This document shows, in pieces, positions 30,524-33,898 of a DNA stretch of 33,898 nucleotides. Both the position numbers and the translations under genes were made by a program. Source of the DNA: a virus (taxonomy: Duplodnaviria; Caudoviricetes); the IMG/VR virus record IMGVR_UViG_3300017912_003443, positions 1-33,898 of that record. One strand, given 5' to 3'. A model generated the notes under the pieces. The model made no database searches, was not told where the DNA came from, and worked only from the letters and a program-made list of their open reading frames with translations. Position 1 is the stretch's first letter. Every line of letters starts with the position of its first letter.

Positions 30524-30925
30524 TTACCTAGTTGGTTGCAAAATAAAACTTATTTGTTGTGGGTCAACATCTGCTCCGATTATACGATATGAAATTTCAA
30601 CATCATATCCATTATTATCAAAGTCAGGAACAACGATTACATCAATAAGACTAATTCTTTGCTCATATGTTTCTAATGAATATGTAATTCGATCTTTAAT
30701 TACTGTTCCAGAGATTTCATCTAACAATTCAAATAGAGAATCATTGATGTTTGTTCCAAAATCTGGGTTAAACATTTTCTCACCAGGCACGGTAAAGATA
30801 ATGTTTCTTACAGAACGAGCAATTGCATTTTCATTTTTAAGGGCAATCAAGTCATTTGACAGGGGATTAGCCTGAAATGACATACTAATATCTTTAAACC
30901 CCCTACTAACCCTCTCTAAAGGCAC
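30524..30925 (-). CDS. g25: Baseplate wedge subunit gp25
   Basis: 133 aa with a GTG start. Motifs FKDISMSF..NP...D, NENAI.RSVRNI..T.PGEK.FNP.FG and YE.RI. Directly precedes g6. Confidence 0.93.
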   Translation of the reverse strand: MPLERVSRGFKDISMSFQANPLSNDLIALKNENAIARSVRNIIFTVPGEKMFNPDFGTNINDSLFELLDEISGTVIKDRITYSLETYEQRISLIDVIVVPDFDNNGYDVEISYRIIGADVDPQQISFILQPTR

Positions 30926-30946
30926 TTTAATGCAGCAATTATGAAT

Positions 30947-30954
30947 TATTTATT
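30947..30954 (-). promoter_or_regulatory. Late promoter AATAAATA upstream of g25
   Basis: NATAAATA match 21 nt upstream of the GTG start. Confidence 0.75.
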
Positions 30955-30970
30955 AGAGATATTTGTATAA

Positions 30971-31138
30971 TTATGACCAACGATCATGCATTTCTTGAAC
31001 TTTTTTTTCTCTGATATGCTGCTCTCTTGCTTTTTTCAAATATTTTTCACTTTCGACCTCCGTAATCAAGGTCATACCATCTTGAATGAAAGAATTTGAC
31101 TTATCGACGGAACCGTCAAGATGCTGTGGATGACTCAT
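30971..31138 (-). CDS. 55-aa hypothetical microprotein
   Basis: Hand translation: MSHPQHLDGSVDKSNSFIQDGMTLITEVESEKYLKKAREQHIREKKVQEMHDRWS. It fills the gap and has AAGGG and a late promoter just upstream. Missing from the track. Confidence 0.75.
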   Translation of the reverse strand: MSHPQHLDGSVDKSNSFIQDGMTLITEVESEKYLKKAREQHIREKKVQEMHDRWS

Positions 31139-31153
31139 AATACCCTTTTGAGT

Positions 31154-31161
31154 TATTTATT
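31154..31161 (-). promoter_or_regulatory. Late promoter AATAAATA overlapping the stop of the 244-aa gene
   Basis: NATAAATA match 15 nt upstream of the ATG at 31138. Confidence 0.7.
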
Positions 31162-31891
31162 GAGTATCTAGCGGTCTATCTTGAGATTTGTACATATCCA
31201 TTACTTCTTCATCTACACTAAAACCATTAGCATTAACAGTTCCTTTACGCTCCTTTGCTGTTTTCCAAAAATATTCATCTTCACGCCCCATACTCAATCG
31301 ATCATTTCCATTTTCAACTTGATAATATTGAGTTGATACTTTGAAATCAGGCATCTTCGGATCAATAGGAGTTAAACTATTATCATAGATACGCAACCTA
31401 TTGTTTGGATATAATGCATACTGACCATTCTCAAGTTCAATTAGATTATGTGACTTATGTTCTGCAGGATTTTCACTAGTTGCATAATCAACATAATCTG
31501 GATCATGATGATAGTTATCAATAGTACAAATATAAGTACCCTTTACATTACCATGATCGCGTGTATAACACTCAAAGTCCATACTACCAATAAACTTCTT
31601 ATCTACTGATACAACCCCATAATCCATACAATTCCAAAATTGTAGGTTAGGTAGACTCATATCAGGTTTAGGCGTCTCAGGGTCGCTTACAAACGCGCTG
31701 ATGGGCAATTTATCGTACATTGCAGCATACTCAGGTAAATACGTTTCAAAGTAAAATGCACGTCCAGGTATACTCTTTACTGATACCCAAACACCCTTTA
31801 CAAATTCACCATGCCCAGATTGATGATCAGTCAGATACTCTTTACGAACCCATACTTCCATTGAAGGAAGATTAGCAATTAAACATGCCAT
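31157..31891 (-). CDS. Conserved hypothetical phage protein (244 aa)
   Basis: Motifs L.ANLP...VWVRKEYL.D...GHGEF, YDKLPISAF, LQFWNC and EHKS.N.I.L.NGQ.A.YPNNR. I recall this family from marine T4-like phages; function unknown. Confidence 0.85.
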   Translation of the reverse strand: MACLIANLPSMEVWVRKEYLTDHQSGHGEFVKGVWVSVKSIPGRAFYFETYLPEYAAMYDKLPISAFVSDPETPKPDMSLPNLQFWNCMDYGVVSVDKKFIGSMDFECYTRDHGNVKGTYICTIDNYHHDPDYVDYATSENPAEHKSHNLIELENGQYALYPNNRLRIYDNSLTPIDPKMPDFKVSTQYYQVENGNDRLSMGREDEYFWKTAKERKGTVNANGFSVDEEVMDMYKSQDRPLDTQ

Positions 31892-31913
31892 AAGTTATAA
31901 CTTTATATTTCTT

Positions 31914-31921
31914 TATCTATA
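31914..31921 (-). promoter_or_regulatory. Possible variant late promoter TATAGATA
   Basis: One mismatch to TATAAATA. It lies immediately after the terminator and 22 nt upstream of the ATG at 31891. The same 8-mer recurs at 33218-33225. Confidence 0.55.
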
Positions 31922-31924
31922 TAC

Positions 31925-31950
31925 AAAAAAAGAGGACCCGCAAGTCCTCT
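31925..31950 (-). terminator. Rho-independent terminator
   Basis: Minus strand AGAGGAC-TTGCGG-GTCCTCT followed by TTTTTT, 4 nt after the stop of the 44-aa ORF. Confidence 0.9.
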
Positions 31951-31954
31951 ATCA

Positions 31955-32089
31955 TTATTTGTTTCCTTGTCCACGATAACGCTTTTGTTTACCATTACGA
32001 GAAGTTGCGCTCAGTAAGGAATTTTGCGAACGTCCTTGACGAGTCTTTTTGGGTTTTCCCGGCACATAATTGCCGCCTTTCATCATCAT
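31955..32089 (-). CDS. 44-aa highly basic microprotein (KKTRQG...RYRGQG family)
   Basis: Hand translation: MMMKGGNYVPGKPKKTRQGRSQNSLLSATSRNGKQKRYRGQGNK. GGAG Shine-Dalgarno upstream and a terminator directly downstream. No acidic residues. Confidence 0.85.
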   Translation of the reverse strand: MMMKGGNYVPGKPKKTRQGRSQNSLLSATSRNGKQKRYRGQGNK

Positions 32090-32092
32090 AAT

Positions 32093-32191
32093 TCAATCTC
32101 TCCGTTTAGTAGTAATAGACATTTTATTGCCTGTGACCATCATACCCGAGACGAGTAAAACGGTCAACAGTGCCACATAAACAATAGACAT
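32093..32191 (-). CDS. 32-aa putative single-pass membrane microprotein
   Basis: Hand translation: MSIVYVALLTVLLVSGMMVTGNKMSITTKRRD. The ATG overlaps the upstream stop (TGATG) and the ORF ends 3 nt before the next ATG. Hydrophobic stretch followed by a basic tail. Confidence 0.6.
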   Translation of the reverse strand: MSIVYVALLTVLLVSGMMVTGNKMSITTKRRD

Positions 32192-32961
32192 CAGATAATA
32201 CGAGTTTTTTCATGTCCTACCCGAATACGAGGATCACACAAAATTTCAAACCCTTTCTCCTTAGCATCTAAACAAAAACTTACATCCTCTCCACACATAT
32301 CCTGCACATTCCCAGACTCAAATACTTGCATCTTTGGTGCAAACCATGGATACTCAAGATTCTCAAATACTCCATTCTTAATGAGCACCCATCCAAAACC
32401 TGTGTAATCTACAGTGAATGGCTTACGCCGCTTCTGAATAGAATCCACAGTTTCATGGTTCATGACCCCACCATTCTGACGGAAATCTTCCTCCTCTAAC
32501 CAATGTGCAACACTTGTTGTCTTTCCATCTTCAGTTGCATACCATCCACTTACAATCTCATTCTCTATACCATCCTCAGTAATTGCCATATCACATAATT
32601 GCCAAAACTGATTACTATTAAACACAATATCACTATCAATCCATAACTGATAGTCATACTTTAACTTTCCATCCCATGGTACTTGATTCGGACCACGCAA
32701 TACATTCGCACCTAAACACTTACATCGTGCAAAATTAACCATAGAAGAGTAATCTTGACTGATCTGAATACTCATACCATTCTGTACCATATCAAAGCAC
32801 AGTTGTACAAAATTCTTTAAAAAGATATATGAACACCCTCGACCAGGTAAACAAAATACAATTGTCTTCCCACGCATTCTTTCCTTAATTGCATCAATAT
32901 CCCACTCTGCTTCTTTACTCTTTACAGGTGGTTTTGCTTTTACAGTGAATCCTTTGGCCAT
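32191..32961 (-). CDS. Putative GT-A fold (GT2-like) glycosyltransferase
   Basis: 256 aa. YDYQLWIDSDIVF gives a DxD motif after a hydrophobic strand. ARC, TGFGWVLIK..VFE, GEDVSFC and RVGHEK motifs appear in the order expected for GT-A enzymes. Confidence 0.7.
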   Translation of the reverse strand: MAKGFTVKAKPPVKSKEAEWDIDAIKERMRGKTIVFCLPGRGCSYIFLKNFVQLCFDMVQNGMSIQISQDYSSMVNFARCKCLGANVLRGPNQVPWDGKLKYDYQLWIDSDIVFNSNQFWQLCDMAITEDGIENEIVSGWYATEDGKTTSVAHWLEEEDFRQNGGVMNHETVDSIQKRRKPFTVDYTGFGWVLIKNGVFENLEYPWFAPKMQVFESGNVQDMCGEDVSFCLDAKEKGFEILCDPRIRVGHEKTRII

Positions 32962-32985
32962 AAGTTTAAAATTCCTTTCAGTTCA

Positions 32986-33014
32986 ATTCTAATCTATTAT
33001 GTAGACATTGTCAA
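32986..33014 (-). promoter_or_regulatory. Sigma70-type promoter TTGACA-N17-TAGAAT for the GT-like gene
   Basis: -35 at 33014-33009, -10 at 32991-32986, 17-nt spacer. AAGGA Shine-Dalgarno before the ATG at 32961. Confidence 0.85.
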
Positions 33015-33188
33015 TTAATCGGTTAACCCTAATTTGTATACCTCTGAGTATCTATAAGATAAATCTTTCTCATTATACTCTGTCTTCATTAAACCTACCA
33101 TACCATTTAATTGGTCCCATGTACTCTTAAACTCCTTCTCAGGTAGATTATGATATACACATTCGCCCCTAATGTAAATATTATACAT
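33015..33188 (-). CDS. 57-aa hypothetical microprotein
   Basis: Hand translation: MYNIYIRGECVYHNLPEKEFKSTWDQLNGMVGLMKTEYNEKDLSYRYSEVYKLGLTD. Strong Shine-Dalgarno GGAGGTGA upstream. Confidence 0.8.
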   Translation of the reverse strand: MYNIYIRGECVYHNLPEKEFKSTWDQLNGMVGLMKTEYNEKDLSYRYSEVYKLGLTD

Positions 33189-33217
33189 TATTTTAAATCA
33201 CCTCCAATTCTTTTTAT

Positions 33218-33225
33218 TATCTATA
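33218..33225 (-). promoter_or_regulatory. Possible variant late promoter TATAGATA
   Basis: Overlaps the TAG of the 52-aa ORF, 29 nt upstream of the ATG at 33188. Confidence 0.45.
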
Positions 33226-33379
33226 TTAATGACACGATTAATGCCCCCAATACAATACACAATAAAAATCTTCCAGGTCCTCTCCATATTAATATCAATA
33301 TATCATAAAAAATACGCGCAGTTACATAAGTGAAAACTACACGGGGCAAATTCCAATACGGTAAATTTTTTTTACTCAC
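33221..33379 (-). CDS. 52-aa hydrophobic (membrane) microprotein
   Basis: GTG start with GAGG upstream. Hand translation: MSKKNLPYWNLPRVVFTYVTARIFYDILILIWRGPGRFLLCIVLGALIVSLI. Confidence 0.6.
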   Translation of the reverse strand: MSKKNLPYWNLPRVVFTYVTARIFYDILILIWRGPGRFLLCIVLGALIVSLI

Positions 33380-33538
33380 GCGAACCTCACAGGCATTTTT
33401 TATACATGAAAAATTTTTTGAATGAACATGAAATCACTCTCGCGTTTTGTCACCTCTGTAGGTTAGGGTAGTTAGGCGTTTTTATATACGCGACGCCCGC
33501 CGACACATAACGCCCCTAATCGCGCATAACTGTGTGTC
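33380..33538 (-). ncRNA. Candidate structured leader / ncRNA downstream of a sigma70 promoter
   Basis: About 160 nt with no convincing ORF. The 5' half is GC-rich with several complementary segments; the 3' half is made of A-tracts. Inferred, with no family recognised. Confidence 0.35.
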
Positions 33539-33591
33539 ACTGTGATTCTAACACATATGCCCCCCAGTGTCAACCAGAGGGCACACAGTTA
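33527..33591. repeat. Perfect 10-bp inverted repeat enclosing the promoter
   Basis: taactgtgtg (33527-33536) and cacacagtta (33582-33591). Confidence 0.85.
33545..33573 (-). promoter_or_regulatory. Sigma70-type (early) promoter TTGACA-N17-TAGAAT
   Basis: -35 at 33573-33568, -10 at 33550-33545, 17-nt spacer. The hexamers are identical to those of the promoter at 32986-33014. Confidence 0.85.
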
Positions 33592-33594
33592 GTG

Positions 33595-33840
33595 TCAGAA
33601 TTCCAACAACATCTCATTGAGTGCAGTGATATCTAGATCTGCATGTTGCCAGTATACACCATCCGGAGTAACTGCACCGAATGTTTCAACTAACATGTGG
33701 GAGAGAGACTTATAACCATGCTCTGCAAATATGCGCGTCATGTTATACATAGACTCATCATTTCCCAACCACAGTGCAACATTCCAGGTCTCGTAGTTTG
33801 CCCAACCGTTGTAGGTTTCAGATGCAGTGGAGAGTGTCAT
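33595..33840 (-). CDS. Small hypothetical phage protein (YNGW.NYETW family), probably early gene
   Basis: 81 aa with the motif YNGWANYETWNVALWLGNDE...TPDGV.W, recalled from small phage early genes. Confidence 0.8.
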   Translation of the reverse strand: MTLSTASETYNGWANYETWNVALWLGNDESMYNMTRIFAEHGYKSLSHMLVETFGAVTPDGVYWQHADLDITALNEMLLEF

Positions 33841-33866
33841 AAAGTGTGTTTTGAAAGTGTGCTTAT

Positions 33867-33888
33867 ACCTCTAGAACATTTTAGAGGT
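33867..33888. repeat. Hairpin upstream of the 81-aa gene
   Basis: acctcta-N8-tagaggt, a perfect 7-bp stem. An aaagtgtg direct repeat (33841-33848, 33854-33861) lies next to it. Confidence 0.6.
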
Positions 33889-33898
33889 TTCAGTTAAT

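Noticed and set aside
33455-33478. TTAGGG telomere-like / G-quadruplex motif (gtaggttagggtagttagg)
   Set aside because: Only three short G tracts and a single TTAGGG. Kept only as a short tandem motif within the noncoding element.
33697-33897. Plus-strand 66-aa ORF
   Set aside because: Antisense to the better-supported 81-aa YNGW.NYETW gene.
1-33898. CRISPR array, tRNA genes, DGR template/variable repeat pair
   Set aside because: Intergenic gaps are too short or otherwise explained. By eye I saw no spaced direct repeats, cloverleaf, reverse transcriptase or long near-identical DNA duplication; a self dot-plot and tRNAscan would confirm this.

Overview
AT-rich segment of a T4-like cyanomyovirus (Kyanoviridae-type) genome. 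All genes I accept are on the minus strand. In transcription order (right to left) it holds the last small early-type gene, then a sigma70-type promoter with a ~160-nt structured noncoding leader. Next is a terminator-bounded cluster of four microproteins plus a GT-A-like protein, followed by two hypotheticals. The virion module follows: gp25, gp6, a giant 4366-aa gp7, gp8, a 2504-aa VrlC/DUF4815-like protein, a 76-aa coiled-coil protein, a 57-aa NblA-like ORF, gp13, gp14, gp15 and gp16. The window ends in the variable fibre region (three small ORFs and a truncated tail-fibre gene). Seven probable genes are missing from the supplied ORF track; I translated them by hand. The most notable items are the NblA-like microprotein inside the virion operon and the promoter/structured RNA/A-tract element with strong G skew near 33.4-33.6 kb (candidate ncRNA or R-loop origin). 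Family assignments come from recalled motifs and synteny, not from database searches.
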